Shown here piece after piece: positions 26,002 through 40,500 of a stretch of 64,000 nt of DNA. Where the stretch lies: contig CM059431.1 in assembly GCA_030390025.1 (NCBI GenBank), positions 96,288,001 to 96,352,000 on the forward strand, written 5' to 3'. The number at the start of each line of letters is the position of its first letter. The stretch's first letter is position 1. A program made the translations under genes and the position numbers. This DNA comes from Squalus acanthias (lineage: Eukaryota). The notes beneath the pieces were generated by a model. The model did no database searches. It had not been told where the DNA came from and saw only the letters and a list, made by a program, of their open reading frames with translations.

Positions 26002-28812
26002 GAATCTAGATTTAGGTAAGGCTGACTTCAATGGGATGAGACAGTCTTTCCACAGTAAACTGGGCACATCTGTTAATGGGTAAAATGTCAGAAGATAAAT
26101 AGGAGTTGTTCAAAAAAGAAGTTAATAGGATAAAGAACCAGTTTATACACCTGAGGGACAAGAGCTCTACTTGCCAACAAAAACAGCCATAGTCGACTAA
26201 AGACAACATAAAACTAAAAGAAAAAGCATACAAGAATGCAAAAAATAGCACAGATCCTGGCAAATGGGAAAGATACAAAGAACAGCAAAGGATGACAAAA
26301 CAGATAGCAAGCGCTACACAAAGGGAATATGAAAAGAAACTTGCAAGAGATATCAAAATCAAATACAAAAACATTTTACTATTATATTTGGAAAAAGAGG
26401 GTGGTCAGGAACAAAGTTGGCCCCTTGAAAACTGATATCGGTGATATTGTCGATGATAATAAGGAAATGATGGACATGTTGAATAATTACTTTGCGTCAG
26501 TATTTACAGTAGAAGAGGCGGCATGCTGGAAATCCCAAGGAAACTAATATTAAATCAGGGACAGGGACTCAATATAATTAACGTAAGTAAAATAACATTA
26601 ATGAAGAAAATAATTCCACTAAAGAGTGACAAATCCCCAGGACCGGATGGTTTCCATCCCAGAGCTTTAAAGAAAGTAGGTGAGCACACTGCAGATGCCC
26701 TAATTATAATCTTCCAAAGTTCTCTTGATTCAGGAACCATTCCTTTAGATTGGAGAATTGCGCATGTCACTCCACTATTTAAGTGGTGAAGAGGGAAACC
26801 AAGGAATTATAGACCAGTGAGCCTAACATCTGTTGTCAGGAAATTATACTAGAGACTATAATTAAGGATAGGGTGACTGAACACCTTGAAAATTTTCAGC
26901 TGATCAGAGCAAGCTAGCATGGAATTGTAAAAAGTAGGTCATGCCGAACAAACCTGATTGAAATTTTTGAGCAGGTGACTAAAAAGTAGTGGACAGGGGA
27001 ATGCCTATGGCGGTTATTTATGCATTTGATAAAATCCCTGAAAAAGAGACTGTTAACTAAGATTGAAGCCCATGGAATTGAAGGCAAATTATTGACCTGG
27101 TTAGGAAATTGGCTGAGCAGCAGGAGACAGAGTGTAGGGATAATGGGCAGGTACCCTAAATGGCAGGGATCTGTGTTGGGGTCTCAACTATTCACCGTAT
27201 TTATTAACGACTTAGATGATGGAATAGAAAGCCACATATCCAAATTTGCCGATGACACAGATAGATGGCAGTGTAGATGAAAGCATAAAATTAGAAAGGG
27301 ATATTGATAGATTAAGTGAATGGGCAAAACTATGGCAAATGGAGGGAGTGCAGCGTAGGTTTACCAGAATGATACCCAGACTCCAAGGGTTAAATTTCGA
27401 GGGGAGATTACACAAACTAGGGTTCTATTCCCTAGAATTTAGAAGGTTAAGGGGTGATTTGATCGAAGTTTCCAAGATAGAAATTTACGGCACAGAAGGA
27501 GGCCATTCAGCCCATTGCGTCTACACCGGTCGAAAAAGAGCTATCTAGCCTAATCCCACTTTCCAGCTCTTGGTCCGTAGCCTGGCAGTTTACAGCACCT
27601 CAAGGGCATATCCAAGTACTTTTTAAATGTGATGAGGGTTTCTGCCTCTACCACCCATTCAGGCAGGGAGTTCCAGACCACCACCACACTCTGGGTGAAA
27701 AAGGTTCTCCTCAACTCCCCTCTAATCCTTCTACCAATTACTTTAAATCTATGCCCCCTGGTATTGCCTTCTCATATAAGGGAAATAGGTGCTTCCTATC
27801 CATTCTGTCTGGGCCCCTCATAATTTTATACACCTCAATTAAGTCTCCCTTCAGCCTCCTCTGTTCCAAAGAAAACAACCCCAGCTTATCCAATCTTTCT
27901 CATAACTAAAATTCTCCAGTCCTGGCAACATCCTCGTAAATCTCCTCTGTACCCTCTCTACTGCAATCACATCTTTCCTGTAATGTGGTGACCAGAACTG
28001 CACGCAGTACTCTAGCTGTGGCCTAACTCGTGTTTTATACAGTTCTAGCATAACCTCCCTGCTCTTATATTCTATGGCTTGGCTAATAAAGGAAAGTATC
28101 CTGTATGCCTTCTTAACCACCTTATCTGTCTGTCCTGCTACCTTCAGGGATCTGTGGACATGCATTCCAATTTCCCTCTGTTCCTCTACGTTTCTCAGTA
28201 TCCTACTATTTATTGTGTATGCCCTTGTCTTGTTAGCCCTCCCCAAATGCATTACCTCACACTTCTCCGGATTGAATTCCATTTGCCACTTTTCTGCCCA
28301 CCTGACCAGTCAACTGATATCTTCCTGCAGTCTACAGCTATCTTCCTCACCATCAACCACACGGCCAATTTTAAAAAGGTATTAAGGGGAACAGATAGGG
28401 TAGTTTGAGAGAAACTATTTCTGCTGGTTGGGGAGTCTAGGACTGGGGGTATAGTCTAAAAATGAGAGAGTCAGACCTTTCAGGAGTGAAATTAAGAAAC
28501 ACTTCTACATAAAGGGTGGTAGAAGTTTGGAACCCTCTTCCGCAAACGGTAATTGATACTAGATCAATTGTTAATTTTACATCATGGATTGATAGATTTT
28601 TGTTAACCAAACGTATTAAGGGATATGGGGCAAAGGTGGGTATAGAATCATAGAATGGTTACAGCACAGAAGGAGGCCATTGAGCCCATTGAGCCCATGC
28701 TGGCTCTCTGCAAGAGCACTTGTATATGGAGTTAGGTCGCAGATCAGCCATGATCTCATTGAATGTTGGAACAGGCTCGAGGGGCTGAATGGCCTATTCC
28801 TGATCCTATGTT
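26002..28812 (+). mobile_element. CR1 LINE right part, degenerate, with nested CR1 pieces
   Basis: KSPGPDG, VTPLFK, INDLDD..FADD; internal deletion joining WQM|EGVQRRF at ~27340; tail insert ~28645-28720 flanked by GTATA. Confidence 0.87.
27477..28372 (-). mobile_element. 5'-truncated CR1 nested in the plus-strand CR1
   Basis: ORF 27851-28282 (KCEVMHLG, QLEYCVQFW); host sequence resumes at AAGGTATTAAGGGG. Confidence 0.88.
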
Positions 28813-30299
28813 CCAAATTCTCCCCCTTCTTACTGTGGGGCAAATTTGGAAAAAAAAATAAAGGAGCATAAGACACAATAGTTTAGTGACTTTTTTTAAA
28901 AATAGTCATGGACCTTCCCTGACCATTTTCCACATATAAACCTGGACAGTGAGAATGGTAGGATGTCTGGCCACTGAAGAGGAGAAATAACAGCTAAGCC
29001 CAGTTCGAATCCTTTCATCCAAACAACAGCAACACATACATGCTCTTGCAGGATTGTAAGCTTGGCTTAGTTGATAGTTCTTTCTGACTTGGAGACATAA
29101 GAGCTTTCATTTACACAGCATCTTTCACATCCTCAGGAAGTCCCAAAGTGCTTTACAGCCAATTAATTACTTTTAAATTAAACTATTGCTTTTTTAGGGA
29201 AACATGACAGCCAATTTGCATACAGCAAGTTCCCACAAACAGCAATGAAATACTTTTAAGTACAGCCACAAATCTGGCAGCCATTTTGTGCACAATATGG
29301 TCCTAAAATCTGCAGAGATTGGGCATCGCTGGCAAGGGCAGCATTTATTGCCATCCCTAGTTGCCCCAAGGAGGTGGTGGTGGGCCGCCTTCTTGATCCG
29401 CTGCAGTCCGTGTGGTGGAAGTGCACTTTGTGTTAAGAATTTCCTGACATCATTCCTAAATTTGCCTTTTATTAGTTGGAAGCAGTGTTCCCTTGTCCTG
29501 TTCTTAGTTTGAAATAATTTTCTACATTTACATTTTCTATTCCATACCCATGACTATCTTATATTCACTCTAAGATCGCAGATGCCTCCTTTCAAGCTAA
29601 AAAGCTAAAGTTTCTCCAGTCTTCTTTTGTAACTCACGAATTAAATTCTTTTTCAAATATTTATTCATTTCCCTTTTAAAAGCTGCTACGATTCCAATTC
29701 CAGCATTATTTCTGGTCAGCATTCCATGTCTTAAAAATCATTTGCAATATAAAAAAAATTCTCCTAACTTCTCCCCTTCAGAATTAGGTTTTGTTTATTA
29801 TCCAGTACCATCCTGACCTGAACAAAATGGATTGAGGTATTCTTTCATTATTTTTGTATTTGCCCAGCTATCAACTCCAACAGGAGTCAAGCGGCCAGAG
29901 ACCGAGATGGATGGGAAACCGTCTGGCCCTCCACAGTGTGAGGCCCAAGGGATTTTAACTCCCGAGGTTCATCTGCATGGACCTACTCAATCTCCCACTA
30001 AAACCCGGCAAGAAATGCTAACTGGCCGGCGGGTGGGTGCGGGTATTCCGCCAGCATTAGGGCAAAGGAACGATCACTGGAGCTCAGGTAAGTGGTTGGG
30101 AAAAGGGAAGACTGAGGGAAGGCAGCCCAAAGTTTCCTTGTGGGCCCCAGAGGAGCTTTCTGACAGGTTTGTAACTGGGCAGGACTGCTACGATTCTTAG
30201 TTAAAATTACGTCAGAATCATAATTGGCTCAGGAGACCCTGATTTTTATAAATTCATGAAGCCACTACCTGTCTGCAGCAGGCGCCATGGCCACTTCCA

Positions 30300-30705
30300 A
30301 AAAGTCTTACTGCAATTACATAGGGCCCTGGTGAGACCACACCTGGAGTATTGTGTACAGTTTCGGTCTCCTTACCTAAGGAAAGATATACTTGCCATAG
30401 AGGGAGTGCAACGAAGGTTCACCAGACTGGATTGTCCTATGAGGAGAGATTGAGTCTAGGTGTATATTCTCTGGAGTTTAGAAGAATGAGAGGTGATCTT
30501 ATTGAAACATACAAAATTCTTACAGGGCTTGACAGGGTAGATGCAGGGAAGATGTTTCCCCTGGCTGGGGAGTCCAAAACCAGGGGGTCACAGTCTCAGA
30601 ATAAGGGGTCGTCCATTTAGGACTGAGATGAGGAGACATTTCTTCAGAGGGTGGTGAATCTTTGGAATTCTCTACCCCACAGGGCTGTGGAGGCTCAGTT
30701 GTTCA
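30300..30705 (+). mobile_element. CR1 RT C-terminal fragment
   Basis: [24 protein letters not shown]. Confidence 0.85.
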
Positions 30706-31089
30706 GTCTGCTTCCTCCCACAACATTACTTTCAAAGTTACATTTGATTTGAAAGACAGTCAATTCCTCATTAAAGAGTAAGGAATAAAACCCTCGCTAA
30801 TAGCCGAGATAGGTTTTCCACAGAATTTGATTTAGTTAGCGTGTGATCGCAGGGAATTGCCATCTCATATCTATCAATCTTATGCGACGTGCTCTTAACT
30901 AATGTGTATATTAAGCACGCCATAGTGAAAGCAGCACAAATAATAAAATATTAATGTTTGATTCTGTAACAAAACTGAAAAAAGCAACAGCAAAGGAAAG
31001 TTGACAGTTGAGACACTGCAGCATCAAATGTCATCGATGTCTCAGGGTTAAAATTAACCACTGTGATTTAAACCCTTACAGTCAAGTTA

Positions 31090-31335
31090 TCACTCAGTAC
31101 TATCTTGGCCAGGATACTGGGAGAACTCCCTGTTGTTCTTCAAATAGTGTCCTGGGATCTTTCACATCCACCCAACATGTAGATGGAGACTCAGTTTAAC
31201 GTTTCATCTGAAAGACAGCACCTCTAACAATACAGCAATACAGAGTGCTGCACTGAAGTATCAGCTTAGATTATGTGCTCAATTCCTGGACTAGGACTTC
31301 AACCCACACCCTGCAAATTCAGATACAAGAGTAAA
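31090..31335 (-). mobile_element. Deu-domain SINE fragment
   Basis: GTTTAACGTTTCATCTGAAAGACAGCACC core as at ~31995. Confidence 0.7.
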
Positions 31336-31705
31336 TCAGAGAATCATAGAATGACACAGAACAGAAGGCGGCCATTTGGCCCATCGCACCTGTGCTGGCT
31401 CTTTGAAAGAGCTAGGAACTGGGCCAAGCTGACTCTTAGCCTGTGCTTGGTGGTGCCCACATCAACCATTATCAGCCACAAGAGGTAGCATTGTTTCTTT
31501 GTAAGATTTCCAATATGATCTGCATTGTTTTCACATGTATTTTGTTGAAAGAGAATTTGTTCTAACTTTTAAATGTCAGTAAACAGATTGAGACAAAACG
31601 GCTGTGACAAGAAATACAAATTAAATTCCCAATGGAGTCAGTATTGAGAGCTTTTAGTGCCAAAGCACATCATATTTGTGCCAATACTGCATAAAAGGAC
31701 AAATA

Positions 31706-32160
31706 GAAAGAAAGACTTGCATTTATAGAACGCCTTTCACGACCTCAGGACATTCCAAAGCGCTTCACAGCCCATGAAGTACCTTTGAAGTGTAGTCACT
31801 CTTTAATGTAGGAAATGCAGCAGCCAATTTGTGTACAACAAGGTCCCAGAAACAGCAATTTGATAATGACCAGATAATCTGTTTTGCGATGTTGATTGAG
31901 GGATAAATATTGGCCAGGGTTAATTCCCCTGTTCCTCTTTGACATAGCGCCATGGAATCTTTTACATCCACCTAAGAGAGCAGACAGGGCCTCGGTTTAA
32001 CATCTCATCTGAAAGACGGCAACTCAAACACTGCAGCACTCTCTCAGTACTGCACTGGAATGACAGCCTAGATTTTTGTGTTCAAGTCTCTGGAGTGGGA
32101 CTTGAACCCACAACCTTCTGACTCAGAGGGAAGAGTGCTACCCACTGAGCCTCAGCTGAC
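31706..32160 (-). mobile_element. Full-length tRNA-derived Deu-domain SINE (SacSINE1-like)
   Basis: Minus-strand head GGCTCAGTGGGTAGCAC (A box) and GGTTCAAGTCC (B box); Deu core; tail ATAAATGCAAGTCTTTCTTT. Confidence 0.82.
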
Positions 32161-33664
32161 ACAAATAACTGTACAAGCAGTGCTTCATGAATAATGTTCA
32201 CAGTCTGTGCTTCATGTATACTATAAAGCGCTGCCAAATTATTTTACCAAAACTTCACAAAATGGATGCCAAATCTATAGCCTGTGCCAATAACACTGGA
32301 CAAATACTACAGTACTTAGGGTTTGGCACTGGTCTTTCATTTCTCTAACCTAGGTTCAAGTTCAGATCTGTTTCTACTAAGTGTGGGTCTACAACACAAT
32401 ACTGTCACTAATTCAGCTGTGTAAATTGACAAACATGGTTGGTGTGGGAAAATGGAAAAAAATATACTGGTGCAGTAAGGGTGCCGAGTTGTAATTGTGC
32501 CTGATGGAGCAGAGTAAAAGCTTGACTCTGCCTCTACCTGTGCTGTACCTTACTTGGGAGTGCTTGATGATGATACTGGGTGCATGAAATGGGAAGAGTT
32601 CCATTACCCACCAACATCCCTCACCTTGAGCACAATGTTAATTTTTTAAATAAAAGAATAAATTACCGATTTCTTTTTGTGTGGCTTCTATACTATGTCA
32701 ATACTCTACTGTAATGAAGTTACACAGAGGTAATGCCCTCTGCACTGACTAGCTTCCAACCATGCTTCAGGACTTGAATACACTAAATAATTAGGGTGGA
32801 CAATCGTCATGTAAACAGAATGCTATCTACTGGAGTTTGTAAGTTTTATGCCTCTCTCAGGCCATTAAAAACACCTAGTGATTCTGATTGGTTTGCAGTG
32901 CCCTACCATCCCCATATACACCAAACCCAATGGAACGGTCCCTGGCATAAGGTTAGTGCTGGAAAGTGTAATTCCAAAGAGCTGCTGGTGGTGGGAAAGA
33001 GAAGGAAGGCCGGGCTGAGGAGGAACAACAATTCCATGCCGGGCCTGGAGGAGCGCTCCTGCTCCTCCTGGCCCATGAGGGACCCTCACAGAAATCTTGG
33101 CCTCTTCTGGCCACTCTGCTGCTTCCTGCCAGGTTTCGCAACTTGCACGCATCCCGATTTCTGCAGCCATCGGGCTGCCACTTTTTGAATCTAAAGTAGG
33201 CTCACTGTCTGCCGAGGGCCGTCTGCCCTCCTGATCGATTTTTCTGGTATGTAAAAATGGGATTGGGCGAGAATGCATAGGGAATGCGGTGCAAATCCCC
33301 TGATGGCCATTTTAACTCTGGCTGGCGGGCTGGGTTAAAATCAGGGTTGAGTTGGTAAATGCACCAGTAAATCTGTATTAGCACATTTGATGATGTGGTG
33401 ATGTTGGTTGAGGGAGGAAGGTTGGCCAGGATAAACAGAGGAGAAAGGACAGGAATAAGCAATGGGTTCATCAAACCTGTCCCATCCTGAAACGATGCAA
33501 ACTACATGCAATCACCTCTCTCCAACCCCATCACACAATTTCCTGGGAGCGGCAAAAAGTCAGAGAAAGAACTCTAGACTAATTTAAGAAAAAACTTTGG
33601 GGAATTCCTCTCCGACCCCCAAATGGCGATCAAACAAGCTCTAGGAAACTAGGGAGACAGACAT

Positions 33665-34510
33665 CAATATCCCAGTTAACACTGGGAGAATTCCCTGCTC
33701 TCCTTCAAATAGTGCCATGAGGTATTTACCATCTGCATAAACAAGATTTGCTTTAGACTCTGCATCAGATGGACAGGTTCAACTGTACAAAACACTAGTT
33801 AGGCCTCAGCTAGAGTACTGTGTGCAGTTCTGGTCACCACATTACAGGAAAGATGTGATTGCACTAGAGAGGGTACAGAGGAGATTTACAAGGATGTTGC
33901 TGGGTGTAGAGAATCTTAGCTATGAGGAAAGACTGGATAGGCTGGGTCTGTTTTCCTTGGAACAGAGGAGGCTGAGGGGTAACCTTATTGAGCTGTATAA
34001 AATTATGAGGGGCATAGATAAAGTGGATAGAAAGGACCTATTTCCCTTAGCAGAGGGGTCAAAAACCAGGGGGCACAGATTTAAAGTAATTGGTGGAAGG
34101 TTTAGAGGGGATTTGAGGGGAAATTTCTTCACCCAGAGGGTTGTGGGGGTCTAGAACTCACTGCCTGAAAGGGTGGTAGAGGCAGGAACCCTACCCAAAT
34201 TTAAAAAGTACTTGGATGTGCACTTGGGATGCTGTAACCTGCAGGGCTATGGACCAAGAGCTGGGAAGTGGAATTAGGCTGGATAGCTCTTTGTTGGCCG
34301 GCACGGACACGATGGGCCGAAATGGCCTCCTTCCGTGCTGTAACTTTTCTCTGATTCTATGATTCTATGACAGCATCTCTGACAATTCAGCTTTCCCTCA
34401 GTATTGCACTGGAGGATCAGCCTAGATTCTGTTCTGAGGTCTTGAAGTGAGGCTTCAATCCCCAACCTTCTAAGCCAGAGATGAGACAGCTACCAAATGA
34501 GCCAAGCCCA
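33665..34510 (-). mobile_element. Deu-domain SINE split by a CR1 insertion
   Basis: SINE halves 33665-33776 and 34369-34510; GACAG duplicated at 33772-76 and 34369-73. Confidence 0.65.
33777..34368 (+). mobile_element. 5'-truncated CR1, same subfamily as 10641-11220
   Basis: ORF 33822-34154; GATTCTAT tail repeats. Confidence 0.9.
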
Positions 34511-34667
34511 GCTTCGTCTGATGGGAATGCAGGTTGGAGAACTGGGGCTACAGTGTTGTAAGCCCTATCTCTGACCTGTACTTTCATCGAAAGAAGCTCT
34601 CTACTGGGACCGTGGGATCGATGAATTTAACCAAGCGTGTATCCTGGAAATGTGCCATTTCTAACGA

Positions 34668-35055
34668 TCCCTGTGTTCGCTGATCTACATTGGCTCCCGG
34701 TTAAGCCACGCCTCGATTTCAAAATTCTGATCCTTGTTTTCAAATCCCTCTATGACCTTGCCCCTCCCTATCTCTAATCTCCTCCAGCCCCACACCGCCC
34801 CTCACAAGATATCTGCGCTCCTCTAATTCTGCCCCTTGAGCATCCCTGATTATAATCGCTAAACCATTGGTGGCCGTGCCTTCTGTTGCCTAGGCCCTAA
34901 GCTCTGGAATTCCCTCCCTAAACCTCTCCGCCTCACTACCTCTCTTTCCTCCTTTAAGACGCTCCTTAAAACTTATCTCTTTGCCCAAGCTTTTGATCAT
35001 CTGCCCTAATTTCTCCTTATTTGGCTCGGTATCAAATTTTTGTCTCTTTTTGTCT
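34668..35055 (+). mobile_element. L2-type LINE 3' fragment
   Basis: PVFADLHWLPV..FKILILVFKSL pattern and CTCTGGAATTCCCTCCC. Confidence 0.75.
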
Positions 35056-35059
35056 GTGT

Positions 35060-36292
35060 TTTTGATTCCAAAGTCTAAATCGTTAATGGCCCAGAAATTG
35101 ATCTCGCTCTGTTCCCGCGGGGGTAAGCCTTCCCCGCGATGTCTCACCTCGCTTATGCTTTTTCAGATCCAGCTCGCACGAACTTGATGTTCCAGAAATC
35201 AGCTGTGCTGGGCTTGCGTATCCCAGCGGCGTAGTGAATTCGTGCGAGCTGTGGAATCACGTGACTCAGTTAGAGCCAATGGCAGCACACCATCTTCCAT
35301 TCATAAGTCTCACAGCATGGCTGTGAAATCTATGAATCTTACACCCCCCCAAAATAACAGCTAAACCTCAATTAAATTAAAAAAAAACCATCACATTAAT
35401 AAAATAAGTATAGTTAATTAAATTAACCATTTTAAATAAAAAATTAAATTTTTGAAAAAATTTAAAATCTTTTAAAAAGTTATAAAAATAAACTTCCCTG
35501 TCTTTAAAGTCTCTAAAAAAGATATACCTGTAAAAAAAAATTCAAAAAAATACTTAATTCACTACTTACCTTCTTAAAAGCGGGTCTTACTCCTCCTTTT
35601 TACATTTCCAAAATCTTCCCTACTTACCTGCGCGTCCAAAGCATGAAGTGCACAGCGTGCGCGCAGCCTGTAGCGCGCACGCGATGCACCCAGGCCCCGC
35701 CCCCTTTTCAGAAGAGCAATTGCCGGTTTTCAGCGCATGCGCAGGGCATGCAGAAAACCGGCAATTGGAGTGAGAATACGCGAGAGTACGCAGTGCGTAC
35801 TCTCGCGTCCCGGGATGAATTTTCGGCCCAATATAAATTCTGAACAACAGTCCCAACACTGATCCTTATGGGACCCCACTTCCCACCTTCTGCCACCCTG
35901 AATAGATACCCTTTACCCCTACTCTCTGCTTTCTGTCTTGCAGCCAGCTAACTATCCATTCTGCTACTTGTCCCCCGACTCCGCATGCTCTGACCTTATT
36001 TATTAGTCTACTACGTGGCACCTTATTGAAGGCCTTTTGGAAATTTAGATAGTTACTTACATCTGCTGCATTACCCTTGTCTACTCTCCCTGTTACCTCT
36101 TCAAAGAATTCAATGAGGTTGGTCAAGCAAGACTTGCCCTTTTGAAATCCATGCTGACTATACATTATTATTGGTTTCTAGATGTTTTTCTATTTTCTCC
36201 GTTTAGTAGGGATTCCATTGTTTTTCCTACCACCGACATTAAGCTGACTGGTCTATAGTTCCCTGGACATGTTCTAATTCCCCTTCTTAAAT
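35060..36292 (-). mobile_element. CR1 RT fragment interrupted by a MITE
   Basis: QHGFQKGKSCLTNL; FRIYI|NDLDF rejoined across the MITE. Confidence 0.85.
35088..35829. mobile_element. MITE, Harbinger-like, 3-bp TSD
   Basis: Termini GGCCCAGAAATT / AATTTTCGGCCC; AAT at 35085-87 and 35830-32. Confidence 0.85.
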
Positions 36293-36964
36293 CTGCTGTC
36301 AGAATTCCAATTTCAAGTTCCTTTCAAAAAAAAAGTTTACACTGCCAATGTTTGTCGTACAACGTATACAGGGACTAATAATCCAATAGCAGGCATACTG
36401 TATTATCAGGGGCCTGCAAATTGCCCAAGATGAGCAGTGCATAATAATGCAGGTGCCATTATAAAACCAAGCTGCGTGCAGGGCTTATTGATCTCCCAAA
36501 AAATATTCAAATTGGGTCGCTGCCACACAGCACCTATTTGAAATGGGTATTGATAGGAAAGCCAACATTAAAGCAAAACTCTGGCACCACTGGCCCCATG
36601 CCCGCTGACCCATTGCCACCTTTGGCCTGTGTCTGGTACATATCGCCCTACATGATAGAGAATCACTCCGTGCAGAATGGGCAGCAAGCAGCCCTTCACT
36701 GGTGGCTCCTCACCTTTAGTTTCAGCCTGGGTCCTCCTAGTGTATCATGAGTGACGCACCCCAAATGCCAGAAGATTATGGAAATGAGCTACCTTTGTGT
36801 TATCGGACAAGGCCAGGCACACTTGTGCACTGGCTGCAGCAAGCAATTGTGCAGCACACTGCTGCATACGTGCCACATTATCAGCTGCATGGTGTTTACA
36901 ACAATATTCTCCCAAACCTGGAGACAGACACTGGATGGAGTGTTTAGGCACTTTTATAACAGAG

Positions 36965-37520
36965 ATTGCAGCTGCACCTACTTCCACATCTGTAACATCG
37001 CCCCTGTCTCGCACAACTGCTGCTGAAACCCTCATCCATCCCTTTATCACCTCCAGACTCAAATATTCCAATGCTTTCCTGTGTAGCCTCCCATGCTTCT
37101 CCCTCCATAACCTTCAGCTCATCAAAAACTCTGCAGCCCATCCAAAGCTCTGCTGCTCGTATCCGGACTTGCACCAAGTCTGGTTCACCTATCATCCCTG
37201 TTCTCACTGATCTATACTGGCTCCCAGTCCCCCAATGCCTCTAGTTTAAAATTCTTCTCCTAGTGTTCAAATCCCTTCATGGCCTCGCACTTCCCGATCT
37301 CTAACCTCATGTAATCTCAGTCTTACAACCCTCCAAAAATGCTGCGCTCCTCCAACACTGGCCTCTGTGCATTCACCACGCCCTTCGTTCTACCATTGGC
37401 AGCCGTGCCTTCAACCCTCTAGGCCCGAAGCTCTGAAATTCCATTCCTAAACCTCGCTGCCTCTCCACTTCTCGCTCCTTTAAGACACTCCTTAAAACCT
37501 ACCTCTTTAACCAATCTTTT
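36965..37520 (+). mobile_element. L2-type LINE RT C-terminal fragment
   Basis: AAETLIHPFITSRLKYSN..LQLIKNSAA; homologous to 34668-35055. Confidence 0.8.
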
Positions 37521-40500
37521 CTACAGTGAAGGCGTTAAGCCTGCTTTTACAAGGTGCAAGGGTTTTGTGGCTATTCGCTGGGCAATAGTTGGGCAAATAG
37601 CTCAACTCTGTGCGCCAGCAAAAGTGAATTTACAGCGGATGGATACGATCCGTCAAGGCGAACCATGACAGATCGCAACCTCCGGGTTTTCACACATGTG
37701 GAAACGTGGAAGTTGCGGGGCACTTACGATGACATAGGCCCCGTAAAATCCGGGCTGTTAACTTTGTTTCTCTCTCCACAGATGCTGCTTGACTTGCTAA
37801 GTATTTCCAGCATTTTGTGTTTTTATTTTGGTGTTAGATTAAGGTGGCCTTTTCCAGCATAGTAAACGTAGAGGGCCATCCCTCAGTGTTTGCCTGAGAT
37901 ATACGTCTGCTGTATTCTGGAAATGGAGCTGGAACTTGGAGACTGAGCTGGGAATGAAGCTCGGCGCTGGAAGGATCGGAGCTTGGTGCAGGGACCTGGG
38001 CATGCAGCGGGATCCTGGGGCTGGGTACCAGGAGCCAGCTGCAGTTCAAACAAGAAATCATCGCTTTAGAGATTAGGTGGTGCAAAGTTACTGTCAAATT
38101 TCAGGCAAGAAGTGATGGAAATGGCACACACTATTTCCAGTAAAGCTGTTGAGGTTCCATCATAGTCAAAAAAGTGTAAAAGAAAGCCTCAATTGGAGCC
38201 CAGCACATCATGCCAAATGTAAAAAGGAAGTGGGGGATAATGGTGCACAGTGATCGACTCTCAAAACATGTAGAAGGCAACGATAAGAGTGTCGTTGAGA
38301 GCAAGTTATTCCTAGTTGTTGCAGGAAAAGAACTTCCATCCAAACTCGCTTATGAAAATCTAACTCACTTAGGATGTCAGCTTATTTTATGATAAAGGTT
38401 CTATTTTTTTTTTTGAAACCCTCAACTTTCTTGAGCGTACTGGTCAGGAGCTCGTTCCAATTTTTGTGTTAAAGTCCAGACCAATGGAAGCTAACAAACC
38501 CGTGGCTCTGTTAAAAATGCAGTCAAAAGGCTGGTGCCAACTTCATACCAACAGCCTCTCTGTATTACAGCGTTCATTTGCTATGTTATATTCAATTGAA
38601 AATCCTTGTCTTCAACTCCTTCCACAGTCTCAGCCTACCCGATCTGCTAAACCCCCTCCAGCTTTATATCCTCTCCCATAACCTTTGGTTTTCCGACTCT
38701 GGCTTTTTATCCCTTCGCCATACCATTGGTGGCATAGGCTTCAACTCCCCCAGCCTGCTCTCTAATTTCACTCCTTAATCCTTCACCAATCCACCTCTTT
38801 CCACCTTAAAAAAACTTCTCAAGCCCTATCTTTTCAGCCAAGCAATCAGTCAACTCCTCTAATTTTCCCACCATAACTATCTCCACTCCCTTATTTTAAT
38901 TTATACCCCCCACCTTCTGTAAAGAGGATGTTTTGCCACTAAATCCACTATTAAAATGCAAGCTGTTGAATTCAATAAAACTGGTAATCTGTGGGCTAGC
39001 ACCAGGAAAATGGCTATGAAACCTGCCGGATTGTAGTAAAAACCCAATATGCTCTTCAGTGTGAGGAGTCAATTACCCGGGTCTATAGGTGACTCCAGTA
39101 CCATATTATATGGTCAGCTCGTAAAGCCTTCAACTACAAATAGGCAACAAATGTGGCATTGCCAATGTCACCCACATCCTGAGAACAAATCAAAGAAAAA
39201 CACAGCATTCTAGTTGCACTAAGCACTACTATTGGCTTCAGGTGTCCTGGACTAAGGCCCCTGATTAGTATTGAGTTCGTTACTCGGGCAGCAGTAGAAT
39301 TTTTCAATTGGCTTCAGTAGCCCTGTGTTAGGGAGGGGGAAAAATCAGCTGGGATCCACTCCTCATTGCTCTTTATGGAAGTGCAGGTGTATAGATGTCA
39401 AATGAGGATCTGGTTTAGCGGTGATATCATCCATTGCTTCCCACCCCCACCGTCACGCTCACACATGAAGGTTGGCCATTTTGGCATGGTACCAGATGGC
39501 AATGGCACCTGTGAAACCATAACCAGAACGAAACAGCACCTTCAGAAAAAAAGACGAGAGACCATGAGCCATCAAGGCTTCTGACATGCACCATCAAGGC
39601 TTGCAAGCCAATTGGTTGAGGTACTGAGTGTAGAATGGAGCTATACAGACCAGGAAGCACCATGATCTGTGCTGAGGTAGCTGAGCTCAGCCAGAACAGT
39701 AAGAGTGCTAGAAGTGATCTTAGGGAGACCTGTGCTAGGGAGAGGAGAAGAAAAGTCAGTCAGGGCTCCCACAATGATGTGCACATGTGCAAATACTGGG
39801 TCAGGCCAAGATTCGCCACGACTGTAATAACCTCATGCAGTTGAACAGCCCACCAGTACTCACTGGGACATGATCGCAATTGGCGCTGTTACGGTACTTA
39901 GCTCGACTCAAAATCTTCCTTGTGTTATCTGGTTGAAAGGAAACAGTTTAAATTAACACAGGCAGGAATTTGGTCCAAGTATATTAAGGGTTTGTATAAA
40001 TGGTGCCAATTGGAAGTTACAGCCTTCTGTCTGCATTCACACAGGAACGATGGCCGCTCAGGACAGCTTAGCTGTGCAACTGTATCCCAGCAAGAAGCAG
40101 AACCTTCAGAATGTGGTGGGGGGTGGCGGCTGAAGACAAGGGACAAGCAGAGTGTTACCAGCAGCCACAGAATATATAGCTTGAGTTACCAGCTGCAGGA
40201 GAGGAAATGTAATGGTAGAAAATGAGAGGGATCAAAAGAAAGAATGGTAGGTAATTAATGGAAATTCGTTTTTCATTCTTCTATCCCTTCCACACCTGAA
40301 CCTGTGGACTCGCTGCCAGCTTAAAACTCCATGGCTGCAGACACCCTCCAATACCTTGTCCAAGTGATCACCCTTCAGGGGTGTGCCCAGTGATCAGGAG
40401 AGGGAACCCTGACCATTTTTTCTCCTGTGCAACCCTATGACCAATTGCAGCATCCCCACCAGTGCCTGGCTGAGACTCATCAAAAGAAGCATGTTTGAAT

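Noticed and set aside
32090..32160. tRNA gene
   Set aside because: The A/B boxes belong to a SINE head followed by a Deu body.
37834..38097. GC-richer Pro/Ser-rich minus-strand ORF as a host exon
   Set aside because: Acceptor-like site present, but no convincing donor or recognisable protein.
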